A stretch of DNA of 64,000 nucleotides from an uncultured Gammaproteobacteria bacterium. Lineage in GTDB: Bacteria; Patescibacteriota; Microgenomatia; UBA8517. A model generated the notes under the pieces. That model did no database searches and was not told the DNA's origin. It saw only the letters and a program-made list of their open reading frames with translations. The number at the start of each line of letters is the position of its first letter. Positions within the stretch are counted from its first letter, which is position 1. Positions 48,439 to 57,687 of the stretch are shown piece by piece. Location of the stretch: positions 71,907-135,906 of the forward strand of contig CAZCXV010000001.1 in NCBI GenBank assembly GCA_964502815.1, given 5' to 3'. The translations under genes and the position numbers were made by a program.

Positions 48439-50084
48439 TAATTAAGTATAGCTTGGGTTCTGATGATATAAAAGGCTGGTTCCCCACTAGGAGCAAAAAT
48501 CGTTTTATCCAGCCTAAGTTTAGGATCTCCGGAGAATTCTGATGGATACAGTCTAGCTGCAGGAAAAATGAAAATCGTGCCTGTGCTTCCACGTTCACTT
48601 GGCCAATCAACTTGTCTAAATTCAAACCGACCAACTTTTTCTGGCCTTATTTCAGCAGGATTTTGATAATAATCTTTGCTAGGAAGTAAATTAGCAGCCT
48701 GTGTTTGGTAAGCTTTCATTGGCACTATCTGATAGAAAAGCAGATTAATATAACTTTCAGTACGGGCATCGTCGATAACGACTCTTAAATTATCTGGTTG
48801 AGTTTTTAGATAGCCAGCAATTTGCTTGTAGCCATAATCCCAATCACGCCAGTAAAATACTGGTGTAAACTTTAGTAAGCTAAACATAAAGGTAGAAACT
48901 GAAAACAAAGTCACGATAACGTAAGAAATGGTTGCAAGTTTTTTCAGTTTAGTTGTCATTTGTAGCGCTTGATAAATACCAATTGCAATTATTATTGAAA
49001 CAGGCAACCAGAAAAGAATTGACCTATAAGTATGGAAAGGGTCACGCGTTAGGGCAGCAGGCAATGGTCCAAGAAAAAGCCAAATCAGTAAATACTTCTT
49101 GTTTTGCAAAAAACTATGCTTTATACCAAACTTGTTTTTGAGAATTGTCCACAAGCCGATAATGAAAAAAGGCAATTGCCAGAAATAGAAGACACTGAAG
49201 TTTGGCAACCTTCTTTGAACATTATAGTCTCCCTGCCAAAAAATATTTGCTGGAGAAAAATAATGCAAATATAAAGATAGGATTTCCCTGGGTACCAGGT
49301 AGAACTTTTGCCAATCTCCCGAATCGCTTCTGTAGCCAGGAACTGGCATGCTACTAGAAAAAATACTTACTCCCACTGCCCGGTGATAACCTGCAGCTTT
49401 AGTGGTCAAGCTCAAAACTGGAAGGTAGAGAACTATTGCCAAAACCGCTCCAACTATCCAAAGCTTCCACTTTTTCCACCAAGCTTTTTCTAGAATTATT
49501 GATATGGCAATAAATAAAGGTGCCACCGGTCTTGGAGCTTGATAACTATACATTGACAAAACAAAAGCAATAATGCTTAGTAAAAACCATTTATTTAGGT
49601 TTGACTGCTTAAACTTCAGCCAAAGATAAACTCCAAAAGCAAAAAACAGTAGTGATAAATTACCTTCAAAAGCCCCTCTACTATAAAAAATTGCCCACGG
49701 AGAAGTGGCTACAATCAAGGCAGAAATTAGACCAATTACTGGATTGTTAGTAATTTTCTTGGTCAACAAATAAGCAAGGTAGGTAAGTGCCACTCCAGAC
49801 AGGGCTGATAAAAATATGGCCGAAAATTCATTTGGTCCAAAGATGGCAAAAATAGGAACTGAAAGATAAACATAGGCAGGCATAAAAAATACTTCAAACG
49901 ACCTAAAAATGATTGGGTATTTTTGGCCAAACTCATCCGCTCCGGTTTTTAAGATCGACCAACTGTTAAAGCCCAAGGCAGCTTCATCTCTAAAAAAACC
50001 TAAGTCTGCAGACCCAAGATGGTAAAAACGCAAAACAATAGCCAGTGAAATAATTAGAAGTAATAACTTATTGTTAGACATCAT
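48438..50084 (-). CDS. GT-C glycosyltransferase, PMT/ArnT-like (GT39/GT83), paralog 5 of 7
   Basis: Motifs …FFRDEAALGFNSWSILKTGADE… and TSPWAIFYSRGAFE. 548 aa. TAATG 1-nt stop/start overlap with the downstream paralog. Confidence 0.6.
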   Translation of the reverse strand: MMSNNKLLLLIISLAIVLRFYHLGSADLGFFRDEAALGFNSWSILKTGADEFGQKYPIIFRSFEVFFMPAYVYLSVPIFAIFGPNEFSAIFLSALSGVALTYLAYLLTKKITNNPVIGLISALIVATSPWAIFYSRGAFEGNLSLLFFAFGVYLWLKFKQSNLNKWFLLSIIAFVLSMYSYQAPRPVAPLFIAISIILEKAWWKKWKLWIVGAVLAIVLYLPVLSLTTKAAGYHRAVGVSIFSSSMPVPGYRSDSGDWQKFYLVPREILSLYLHYFSPANIFWQGDYNVQRRLPNFSVFYFWQLPFFIIGLWTILKNKFGIKHSFLQNKKYLLIWLFLGPLPAALTRDPFHTYRSILFWLPVSIIIAIGIYQALQMTTKLKKLATISYVIVTLFSVSTFMFSLLKFTPVFYWRDWDYGYKQIAGYLKTQPDNLRVVIDDARTESYINLLFYQIVPMKAYQTQAANLLPSKDYYQNPAEIRPEKVGRFEFRQVDWPSERGSTGTIFIFPAARLYPSEFSGDPKLRLDKTIFAPSGEPAFYIIRTQAILN

Positions 50085-50088
50085 TAAT

Positions 50089-50664
50089 CTACCTATTAAG
50101 GGTAATTACGATAAATAAAACTATTTCAAGCGCTGAAAATAACCCCAAAGCGATTTTTCCCTTTAAAGGCCAGGTAAAAACTCTTTGCAATCCCAATGCC
50201 ATAACCAAAATAAACGGAAGAGAAAGAAAAATTGTTTGATTAAAGTCCCGCCACTTGAACAAAAAAACAAACAGAAGTAAAACACTAGTAGTAGTTAAAA
50301 GAAAATTTTTATATTTTTTTATACTTTTACTTGTAAAACCAACCATCATCAAAACTAATTGAAAAACAAAGAACTTTTGTTTTTCTTCAATGCCAACTCT
50401 TTCTCTCGGATGACCTATAAAAAAATAGTTGCCAATGTCCAAGTTCTCCATAACAACAGCAAGTCTTTGGGCAACAAACTTTGTCGGCCAATTAATGAAA
50501 ATGGAATTTAGTGGACCAGGTTGTACTTTCCCCCTTTCCCAAACCACCTCAGTTCTAGCTTGTTGAATATCTTTGTTGAGTTCTAAATTAAACATCTCCT
50601 TTGGAATAGGAGCATACCAAAACCAAGGCGTCAAAAGAATCACTAATAAAGTAGCCAATATCAT
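50089..50664 (-). CDS. small polytopic membrane protein, paralog of the C-terminal half of 52644-53480 (GT39-associated accessory protein)
   Basis: 191 aa. Shares the …NYFFIGHPRE… / …NYFFGFQPRQ… motif and following TM helices with 52644-53480. Directly upstream of a PMT-like gene. Confidence 0.35.
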   Translation of the reverse strand: MILATLLVILLTPWFWYAPIPKEMFNLELNKDIQQARTEVVWERGKVQPGPLNSIFINWPTKFVAQRLAVVMENLDIGNYFFIGHPRERVGIEEKQKFFVFQLVLMMVGFTSKSIKKYKNFLLTTTSVLLLFVFLFKWRDFNQTIFLSLPFILVMALGLQRVFTWPLKGKIALGLFSALEIVLFIVITLNR

Positions 50665-50683
50665 CTAACAATTATGATACGAT

Positions 50684-51370
50684 ATGTGGATGAAATTGTC
50701 TGTAGTTATTCCAGTTCTCAACGAAGAAAAAACGATAAATAAAATACTCATTAAAGTTCTAAAACAAAAAAGCGCTGTTGAAGTAATTGTTATAGATGAT
50801 GGATCGACGGATAGGACGCTAGAAGTTTTAAAGAACTTCAGCAAAACAAATAAAAAAATAAAACTTCTTCGCCACAAAAAAAACTTAGGCAAGGGAGCGG
50901 CAGTGATCAACGGATTGAAAAAAGTAAGTTCGGACTATCTATTAATTCAAGATGCCGATTTAGAGTACAATCCTGATGAGTATATCAAGCTTGTGTCTAA
51001 GGTTAGTGCCGACACAGTTGTCTATGGATCAAGAATGATAAAAAAGAACACCCATGCTTATGAAAGAACATATATCGGAAACCTTGTTCTCACTTATATC
51101 TGCAATTTTCTTTTTGGAACAAAGCTAACGGATTCTTATACTTGCTACAAACTGTTGCCCACAAAGATTGCAAAAAAACTAAATCTTAAATCTCAAGGGT
51201 TTGAGTTGGAAGCAGAGATTACTGCTAAGCTTGCCAAAAAGAAAATTAATATATTTGAAGTCCCAATTTCATACTCACCACGAAAATACGAAGAAGGCAA
51301 AAAAATAAAAGCGCTTGATGCCCTTAAGGGAGTATTTACCTTATTAAGGATTAAGTTTACAAATTACTAG
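50684..51370 (+). CDS. GT2 polyprenyl-phosphate sugar synthase (DPM1-like, soluble short form)
   Basis: Motifs LSVVIPVLNEEKTI, VIDDGSTDRT and QDADLEYNPDEY. 228 aa. The start may be the second ATG (MKLSVVIP, 50690). Confidence 0.6.
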   Translation: MWMKLSVVIPVLNEEKTINKILIKVLKQKSAVEVIVIDDGSTDRTLEVLKNFSKTNKKIKLLRHKKNLGKGAAVINGLKKVSSDYLLIQDADLEYNPDEYIKLVSKVSADTVVYGSRMIKKNTHAYERTYIGNLVLTYICNFLFGTKLTDSYTCYKLLPTKIAKKLNLKSQGFELEAEITAKLAKKKINIFEVPISYSPRKYEEGKKIKALDALKGVFTLLRIKFTNY

Positions 51371-52620
51371 TATTTACTTCTTTTCCAAATGACCAAAATA
51401 GCTACAAAGACTATTAAGTTTATACTCGCCAAAATATAAGACAACGGAGAGTTTATCAAAATATTCTCCAAAAAAGGCAATGGTGGTACCCAGAAAAGAT
51501 GATATAAGTTAACTAAGTTTGAAAGTGACAAAAAGACAAGTGGAATCAGCCAAATCGGATTCAAACCAACTAACAGCGTTACATAGGGGAAAAATGGATA
51601 AAGATAGCGTTCATGAATTCTGGTCATAAAAAGAAATGAAGTTAATGAAATCACTACTAAAATAGTAAATACTTTTTTTTCACTAATTTTTTTCATTAAA
51701 TAAAAAGAAGAAAATGCAATTACTGAAAGAAGGGTTATTATTCCCCAAACTCTTGCCGACAAGCCAAGATACGCGGCGGAATCCAAAGTCTTTCCTGAGT
51801 CGACCAGCCACCAAAAATTGAAGGTATTGGCCGTTAGTGAGCCAATTTCGCCTGGGAAAAATTTCTGGGTATACAGGTTGTATAAATAGATTGGCAGGTC
51901 AAAAGCGGGATGAAACCAAACAGCAATTGCAATCACAACCAAACAACTTAAAGCACATGCTTTCAGCCAAGTGTTAAATTTGTATTTTTGGAGTAAAGCA
52001 ATTGCAAAAATACTTGGAACAAAAATAGCCAATGAACCTTTAAACAGCAAAGATAAGACAGTGAAAACACCAGCTTTGACCAGTTTTTTATCCATTAAAG
52101 CAACAATTGCAACAAGTCCCAGTAAGTTAACTGTTGCATCAGTTTGACCCCAAAGAGCTGAGTTGTACCAAATTACTGGATTAAAAAGCCAAAGAAGGGA
52201 GATCTTCTCCCCTATTTTTTTCTTCCCCTTTTTAGAAAAAAATTTATATAAAACCACAGCTATTAAAAAGTCAGCGATTATTGCCGGGGTTTTAACCAAC
52301 AAATCCATGCCTTTCAGTTCCCAAAACCAAATAAATGAAGATGGAAAAAATGCAAGCTTGGCATTAAGATCCCAAGAGATATCGGCAACTGTTTTATAAA
52401 CAAACGACGTTAGAGAAAAAAGCAAAATATAGAGTGGTGGCTGATTGGGAGCCGAAAATGGCCAGGCTTTACCATCGTAATAATTTACCAACCCTCTTGA
52501 AACCGCCTCATTCCCCCAGGAGATGTTATTGTTTAAATCACCATGATGAGCTTGAAAAACAAGCCAAATTCGAAAGATGAAGGCAAGTATCACTAAAAAC
52601 AGCAGCAATTTTCTATTCAT
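51367..52620 (-). CDS. polytopic membrane protein, GT-C-like (DUF2029/GT87-like?)
   Basis: 417 aa, about 11 TM helices. N-terminal loop with HHGDLNN…YYDGKAW… and a WGQTD segment. Family assignment is tentative. Confidence 0.3.
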   Translation of the reverse strand: MNRKLLLFLVILAFIFRIWLVFQAHHGDLNNNISWGNEAVSRGLVNYYDGKAWPFSAPNQPPLYILLFSLTSFVYKTVADISWDLNAKLAFFPSSFIWFWELKGMDLLVKTPAIIADFLIAVVLYKFFSKKGKKKIGEKISLLWLFNPVIWYNSALWGQTDATVNLLGLVAIVALMDKKLVKAGVFTVLSLLFKGSLAIFVPSIFAIALLQKYKFNTWLKACALSCLVVIAIAVWFHPAFDLPIYLYNLYTQKFFPGEIGSLTANTFNFWWLVDSGKTLDSAAYLGLSARVWGIITLLSVIAFSSFYLMKKISEKKVFTILVVISLTSFLFMTRIHERYLYPFFPYVTLLVGLNPIWLIPLVFLSLSNLVNLYHLFWVPPLPFLENILINSPLSYILASINLIVFVAILVIWKRSKY

Positions 52621-52643
52621 CTGCTAAAATTGTATCATTATCC

Positions 52644-53480
52644 ATGTTTAAAAAACGATTTTTTATAATCTCTCTAATACTGATTTATTGGCCTTTAAGT
52701 ATCTTTTTTGCCAACACTCCAAAGGATTTCCTAAATTATCTCTTGCCAACCTTATTAATTCTGATAGCCTATCTACTCTACAGAAGAAAAAACCAGTATT
52801 ATCTTGTTCCCACACTAGCTATTCCTTTTATTCAACCAAAATTAGCTGTTTTACCTTTAGTATTTGTGATAATTGATGGTATTTATTCTTTTAAATCGAA
52901 AAAGAAAATCAATAAATTTGTTATTATTGCTTCTCTAATTATTCTAATGCTCTTTTTTAAGCCTTTTAGAAACCAAAGCATCTTTGTAACTGACAATAAT
53001 TCTAAACAAGAAGTTATTCAAAAAATACATTTATATCCAAACATTCCACTAGCCAGACTATTTCAAAATAAAGCCAGAATTTACCTTGATAAATTAAACA
53101 ACAATTTTTTCTCCCTGACTGACCCAAGCAATTACTTCTTTGGCTTCCAACCAAGACAAATTAGCCTAAACAATCAAAATTTGGATAAATATCCATTTTT
53201 AACACTCATTCCTTTTCTTTTTGGCACCTATTATTTTGGCAAAAATAAAAACTTAAAGTTTATTTTAATAACTTTTATAGGATCAATCCTCACTCTATCT
53301 CTACTAACAAATTTTGACCGGCATGACTTTATCTTATGGCTACCAATAAGCTTAGTTATTATCTTTGGCTTAGACAAACTGGAAAGTAAACTGGCTAACA
53401 AAACTAAATATTTCAATTTTATTTTTGTTCTTTTCGGCATCGCCCAGTTACTCAGATTATTTGTCCAATATTTGAAATAA
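52644..53480 (+). CDS. polytopic membrane protein; C-terminal half paralogous to 50089-50664 (GT39-associated accessory protein)
   Basis: 278 aa. Shared NYFFG.QPR motif and TM topology. Stop is 1 nt before the start of the PMT-like gene 53482. Confidence 0.35.
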   Translation: MFKKRFFIISLILIYWPLSIFFANTPKDFLNYLLPTLLILIAYLLYRRKNQYYLVPTLAIPFIQPKLAVLPLVFVIIDGIYSFKSKKKINKFVIIASLIILMLFFKPFRNQSIFVTDNNSKQEVIQKIHLYPNIPLARLFQNKARIYLDKLNNNFFSLTDPSNYFFGFQPRQISLNNQNLDKYPFLTLIPFLFGTYYFGKNKNLKFILITFIGSILTLSLLTNFDRHDFILWLPISLVIIFGLDKLESKLANKTKYFNFIFVLFGIAQLLRLFVQYLK

Positions 53481-53481
53481 T

Positions 53482-55137
53482 ATGAAGAAACTATTCCCAC
53501 TATTTTTAGTATTCACAGCAATAGCAATTGCCACTGTTACCAGATTTTATCTCCTAGGCATTGCTCCAGCAGGCCTATATCTTGATGAAGCCGGTCAAGG
53601 TTATAGCGCCTACTCAATTTTAAAAACCGGTAAAGATGAATTTGGCAAAGCATTTCCAATTGTCTTTAGATCATTTACTGATTTTAAAACCCCTATTTAC
53701 ATTTATTTAATAGTTCCCCTTATAAATATCTTTGGACTTACAAAATTTACAGTTAGATTTCCATCTTTTTTCTTTAGCATCCTTACTTTTCCAATTCTAT
53801 ATTTCTTAATCAAAGAGATAACTGACAAGAAGATTTCGACAGTTGTTGCGGTAACTACCTCTTTTCTATTTGCCATCTCTCCTTGGCACATTCTTTTTGG
53901 CAGAACTAACTTCGAATGCAATGTGGCCTTGTTTTTCTTTCTGACAGGAGTTTTACTATTTTACAAAGCTTTAAAAAGACCTTATTTACTCATGTTATCG
54001 GCAGTCTTCTTTGCCATAGCCATTCCCGCCTACCATGCTCAAAGGATCATTACTCCTCTAATGCTTCTAGCTTTGTTTTTTAGATACAAAAGCACTCTTT
54101 TAACAAAAACACATTTCAAGTACTTGATAATTGGTTGTATCTTGGGGCTTATCATTAGTCTACCAACGCTTTCTATTGCCAACTCTTCTGGCTTTTTAGC
54201 TAGAGCTAGCGGCTTAAATATTGTTTCACATTCCAGACAAAAACCAGCAGGTTACCTGGAAGACTATCAAGGACTATTGTCACCTATTGTCAACAGTTCC
54301 CTACTTTTAACTACCAGGGAATTTCTAGCACTATATCTTTCCTATTTCTCCCCCAGAAATATGTTTATCTTGGGGGACTCGGGACTAAGAAGCTCCTTTC
54401 CCGAACTGTCAACTTTCTTTCTTTGGCAGTTTCCGTTCTATATTTATGGCTTATATCTTTTAGTTAAAAGAAAAGATTTAGGCGAGCTGAAGTTTTTCAC
54501 CCTTGCTCTTCTTTTAATCTCACCTCTTCCTGCAAGCTTAACCCGTGATCCTTATTCAACCATTAGATCTTTGCAGATGGTGATTCCACAAAACTTAGTT
54601 ATTGGCCTGGCAATAGCTGATGTTTATCACAGACTGACAAAAACCAAAAAACTGATTTTCTACACAGTTTCACTTCTGGTAATTATTTACTCACTAGCAA
54701 AACTGTATAGCTCTGTAATTGTCTTGAATGAGTACTACCGAGGCCAACTCTGGAATTATGGCTGGGAAGAGGCAATACAAACAATAAACACCTTAAACAA
54801 GAACCTTCCAATTATCGTAGATAATTCCAGAGATGAGCCATATATTCATCTTTTGTTTTTCCTAAAGTATGACCCAGCAAAATATCAGCAAGACAACAAC
54901 GAAGTAAAAGAAAGCGAATACTACACTAATATGGCCAACGACAAAGAAAAACAGATAGGTATGATCGTCACCAGGTCAATCAATTGGGAAAAGGATTTGT
55001 TGCAAGAACAATACTTAATTGGAGATGAACTGGCAATTTCGGTTGGCCAAATAAAAGAGCATAACCTAACTTTGATAAAAGAGATAAAATACCCAGATGG
55101 AAATGTTGCCTTGAGAATTACAAAAACCAATCCCTAA
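53482..55137 (+). CDS. GT-C glycosyltransferase, PMT/ArnT-like (GT39/GT83), paralog 6 of 7
   Basis: Motifs …LYLDEAGQGYSAYSILKTGKDE… and ISPWHILFGRTNFE. 551 aa. Confidence 0.6.
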   Translation: MKKLFPLFLVFTAIAIATVTRFYLLGIAPAGLYLDEAGQGYSAYSILKTGKDEFGKAFPIVFRSFTDFKTPIYIYLIVPLINIFGLTKFTVRFPSFFFSILTFPILYFLIKEITDKKISTVVAVTTSFLFAISPWHILFGRTNFECNVALFFFLTGVLLFYKALKRPYLLMLSAVFFAIAIPAYHAQRIITPLMLLALFFRYKSTLLTKTHFKYLIIGCILGLIISLPTLSIANSSGFLARASGLNIVSHSRQKPAGYLEDYQGLLSPIVNSSLLLTTREFLALYLSYFSPRNMFILGDSGLRSSFPELSTFFLWQFPFYIYGLYLLVKRKDLGELKFFTLALLLISPLPASLTRDPYSTIRSLQMVIPQNLVIGLAIADVYHRLTKTKKLIFYTVSLLVIIYSLAKLYSSVIVLNEYYRGQLWNYGWEEAIQTINTLNKNLPIIVDNSRDEPYIHLLFFLKYDPAKYQQDNNEVKESEYYTNMANDKEKQIGMIVTRSINWEKDLLQEQYLIGDELAISVGQIKEHNLTLIKEIKYPDGNVALRITKTNP

Positions 55138-55141
55138 ATTC

Positions 55142-55163
55142 ATTTAGTTCCAGTAAACTAAAT
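55142..55163. terminator. short AT-rich hairpin between convergent PMT-like genes (possible bidirectional terminator)
   Basis: atttagtt-ccagta-aactaaat, an 8-bp stem and 6-nt loop between the stops at 55137 (+) and 55163 (-). Weak, AT-only stem. Confidence 0.2.
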
Positions 55164-56884
55164 TATTCATTTTTCCCGGAAAAAATATAAAATGCTGGTT
55201 CTCCAGAAGGATAGGTAATGGCTTTAATAAGTTTTAAGTCTGCCGGTGTTCTTTCTGGTTCCAGTATCAAGTTAACATTCACTTCTTTTGCAGATGCCAG
55301 ATACAAAGTTTTACTATCCAATACTTTTCCCCAGTCATACAAACCACCAACAGGCGAGCCAAAGTAGAATTTATTAATATGCGATACCTTTCCAAAACCA
55401 GCAAGTTCTACATCCCGCCCTATTGGGAAATCTTTCTGCCAGGAAGATGGATCGTATTGATATAAACTTGCAAAAAATATCCATGGTGGTTCGCCTCTAG
55501 TTGAAATTGCAACTTTGTCATAGTTTCCATCAATCTCATTTACAGACTGGATTGCCTGTTTAAAGCCTGCATGCCACCACCTTTCACTATACGTAGGATT
55601 ATGCACCCAGTAATTGTGTTGATATGAGAAAAAGAATAAAGCGAAAATAAATACATAGCCAGCCATGGCAAGTTTTCTGTACTTTTTGTTTTTAACTAGG
55701 TTTAGGCCTTCCAGAATTCCATATGAAACTAATATTGCTAAGGCTGGCAACATCAAGATAAGTCTGGTGGCATGATTGCCACCATCTCTGGTAATTGCTG
55801 CTGGGACGATTGAGGCTAAGGCTAGAAAGCCAATAACCAATTTTAGTTTTGTACTTATACTTTTGCTAGCAAAGAAAAGCACTATACCAAAAAGCAAGGC
55901 CACTGCCTCTATTTTGTAAAATAACCCCATACCCTCAATAGTGTGCCTAGGGTTTGGATCCCCACTATTAAATAAGAAGTCAGCAGAAAAAGGCTGGAGA
56001 TAGTTATTTAATACCTTTTCTCCCCAGAAAGTAAATTTATTGTGCACAAGTCTATCTAGTTTGGTTGGATTTAGGCCAGTTCCAGTTTCTCCCCTGGCTC
56101 TGGCGTCAATTCCTCTGGCAGTTCCTACTTCTGGTTCAGTTGTTGGGTCGCTAAAAACACTAATATAGCCAAACCTTTGGGCTCCACCTCCAAACACTGT
56201 ACTGTAAGCAATTGGCCCTCCCACTACTAAAAAGGCAATCAAAGCAAAAACTAAGTATTTCACTTTTACCTTAAATATTTCTTGCCTGTAAAGAAGAAAC
56301 AAAAACACCAATAGAAGTGGTGTAAACAGTTTTGCAGTACTATAAACCCAAGGGGTGAGCCCAAAACAAACCGCCGAAAGCCAAAAATGCTTTCCATCTT
56401 CTTTTAAGCCTTTAAACAAGAAATACAATCCCAAAATCAAAAAAAATAGAAGTTGAGTTACTTCAAAACCGGCTCGGGAATATTGAATATGCCAAGGAGA
56501 AAAAGTTAAAACTACTGCAGCCAAAAGCGCCCACTTCTCACTGCCAAAAAGTTGTTTTACCAGTAAATAAAGTGCATAAATTCCAAGTATGCCAAAAATG
56601 GCAGCTGGCAGCCTTACACCATATTCACTTAAACCAAAAACAGCAACTGTTGGCACAGCAGAGTACAAATATAATGGTGTTCGCCACTCAGCCAGTGAAT
56701 GAAAATGAAGTGGCATAAAGTTGCCATAGTAGTCTTTTCCAGTTTTTAAAATTGAATAGGCTTGATAGCCAACATCCAACTCATCACCAAACATACTCAC
56801 TGGAACTTTATCTAGAGCAGACATTCTTAGGAAGGTTGCAATAACTAGAATAGTTAGAAGTATCCAAGAAGATTTAATTTTCAT
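55163..56884 (-). CDS. GT-C glycosyltransferase, PMT/ArnT-like (GT39/GT83), paralog 7 of 7
   Basis: Motifs …MFGDELDVGYQAYSILKTGKDY… and FSPWHIQYSRAGFE. Start placed at MKIKSSWILL (ATGA overlap with the upstream GT2 stop), which matches the N-terminal length of the paralogs. The track ATG is at 56917. Confidence 0.55.
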   Translation of the reverse strand: MKIKSSWILLTILVIATFLRMSALDKVPVSMFGDELDVGYQAYSILKTGKDYYGNFMPLHFHSLAEWRTPLYLYSAVPTVAVFGLSEYGVRLPAAIFGILGIYALYLLVKQLFGSEKWALLAAVVLTFSPWHIQYSRAGFEVTQLLFFLILGLYFLFKGLKEDGKHFWLSAVCFGLTPWVYSTAKLFTPLLLVFLFLLYRQEIFKVKVKYLVFALIAFLVVGGPIAYSTVFGGGAQRFGYISVFSDPTTEPEVGTARGIDARARGETGTGLNPTKLDRLVHNKFTFWGEKVLNNYLQPFSADFLFNSGDPNPRHTIEGMGLFYKIEAVALLFGIVLFFASKSISTKLKLVIGFLALASIVPAAITRDGGNHATRLILMLPALAILVSYGILEGLNLVKNKKYRKLAMAGYVFIFALFFFSYQHNYWVHNPTYSERWWHAGFKQAIQSVNEIDGNYDKVAISTRGEPPWIFFASLYQYDPSSWQKDFPIGRDVELAGFGKVSHINKFYFGSPVGGLYDWGKVLDSKTLYLASAKEVNVNLILEPERTPADLKLIKAITYPSGEPAFYIFSGKNE

Positions 56885-57678
56885 CCAAATAATTGTAGCA
56901 CTTTTTGCCTGGTCCAAAGAACGAAGTTAAACAAATAATGACCAAGTAAACCATGATAAATTTTACTTGAAGGAATTAATCTTCGCCATTGATTTTCACT
57001 GTCGGCCAGTTTCCTACCACTTGCTCCGTGATGATGAACAACTTCTGACGATGGCAGATAGTATATTTTCATACCTTTTCTTTTTATTTGCCTGCAGTAA
57101 TCAAAATCTTCAAAAAACATAAAGTATTTTTCATTCAGCCCGCCTACTTCTTTCAGCGTCTTTGGAGTAATTAAAAATGATGCCATGACAGCAACTTCCA
57201 CTTCTGAAGGACTTTCTCCCTCAGGGACATATTTATCCAAAATATGTTTTCGTCCCAACCAATATTGTTTTATTGCTCTTTCAACTGTTGGAAATCTAAA
57301 TATCGATGCCTGAAATGAGCCATCAATATTTAGTAGTCTTGAAGCCACAGCTCCAGCATCGGGAGTCCTTTTGGCAAAGTCTATTAGATTTTGTATTGAA
57401 TCTTTTTTTACTTCAGTGTCAGAATTCAAAAGTAGAACATATTCACCCTTGGCTTTTTTAATCCCCAAATTATTTCCCTTGGCAAAGCCCAAATTTTTAT
57501 CTGCTTCAATTAAGGTAATATTCCTGTTTTCTCTTAATTTTTCAAGTGATCCATCACTTGAGCCATTGTCTATAACTATCACTTCAAACTCTTCTTTTGG
57601 GGAAAACTTATAGATAGAAGTAAGGCAGGCTAGAGTTAGGTCTTTAGTATTAAAGTTGACTATTATGATGGAAACCAT
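56881..57678 (-). CDS. GT2 family glycosyltransferase
   Basis: Motifs VSIIIVNFNTKDLT, VIDNGSSDGS and LLNSDTEV. 265 aa. Confidence 0.6.
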   Translation of the reverse strand: MVSIIIVNFNTKDLTLACLTSIYKFSPKEEFEVIVIDNGSSDGSLEKLRENRNITLIEADKNLGFAKGNNLGIKKAKGEYVLLLNSDTEVKKDSIQNLIDFAKRTPDAGAVASRLLNIDGSFQASIFRFPTVERAIKQYWLGRKHILDKYVPEGESPSEVEVAVMASFLITPKTLKEVGGLNEKYFMFFEDFDYCRQIKRKGMKIYYLPSSEVVHHHGASGRKLADSENQWRRLIPSSKIYHGLLGHYLFNFVLWTRQKVLQLFG

Positions 57679-57687
57679 ACATCTAGT

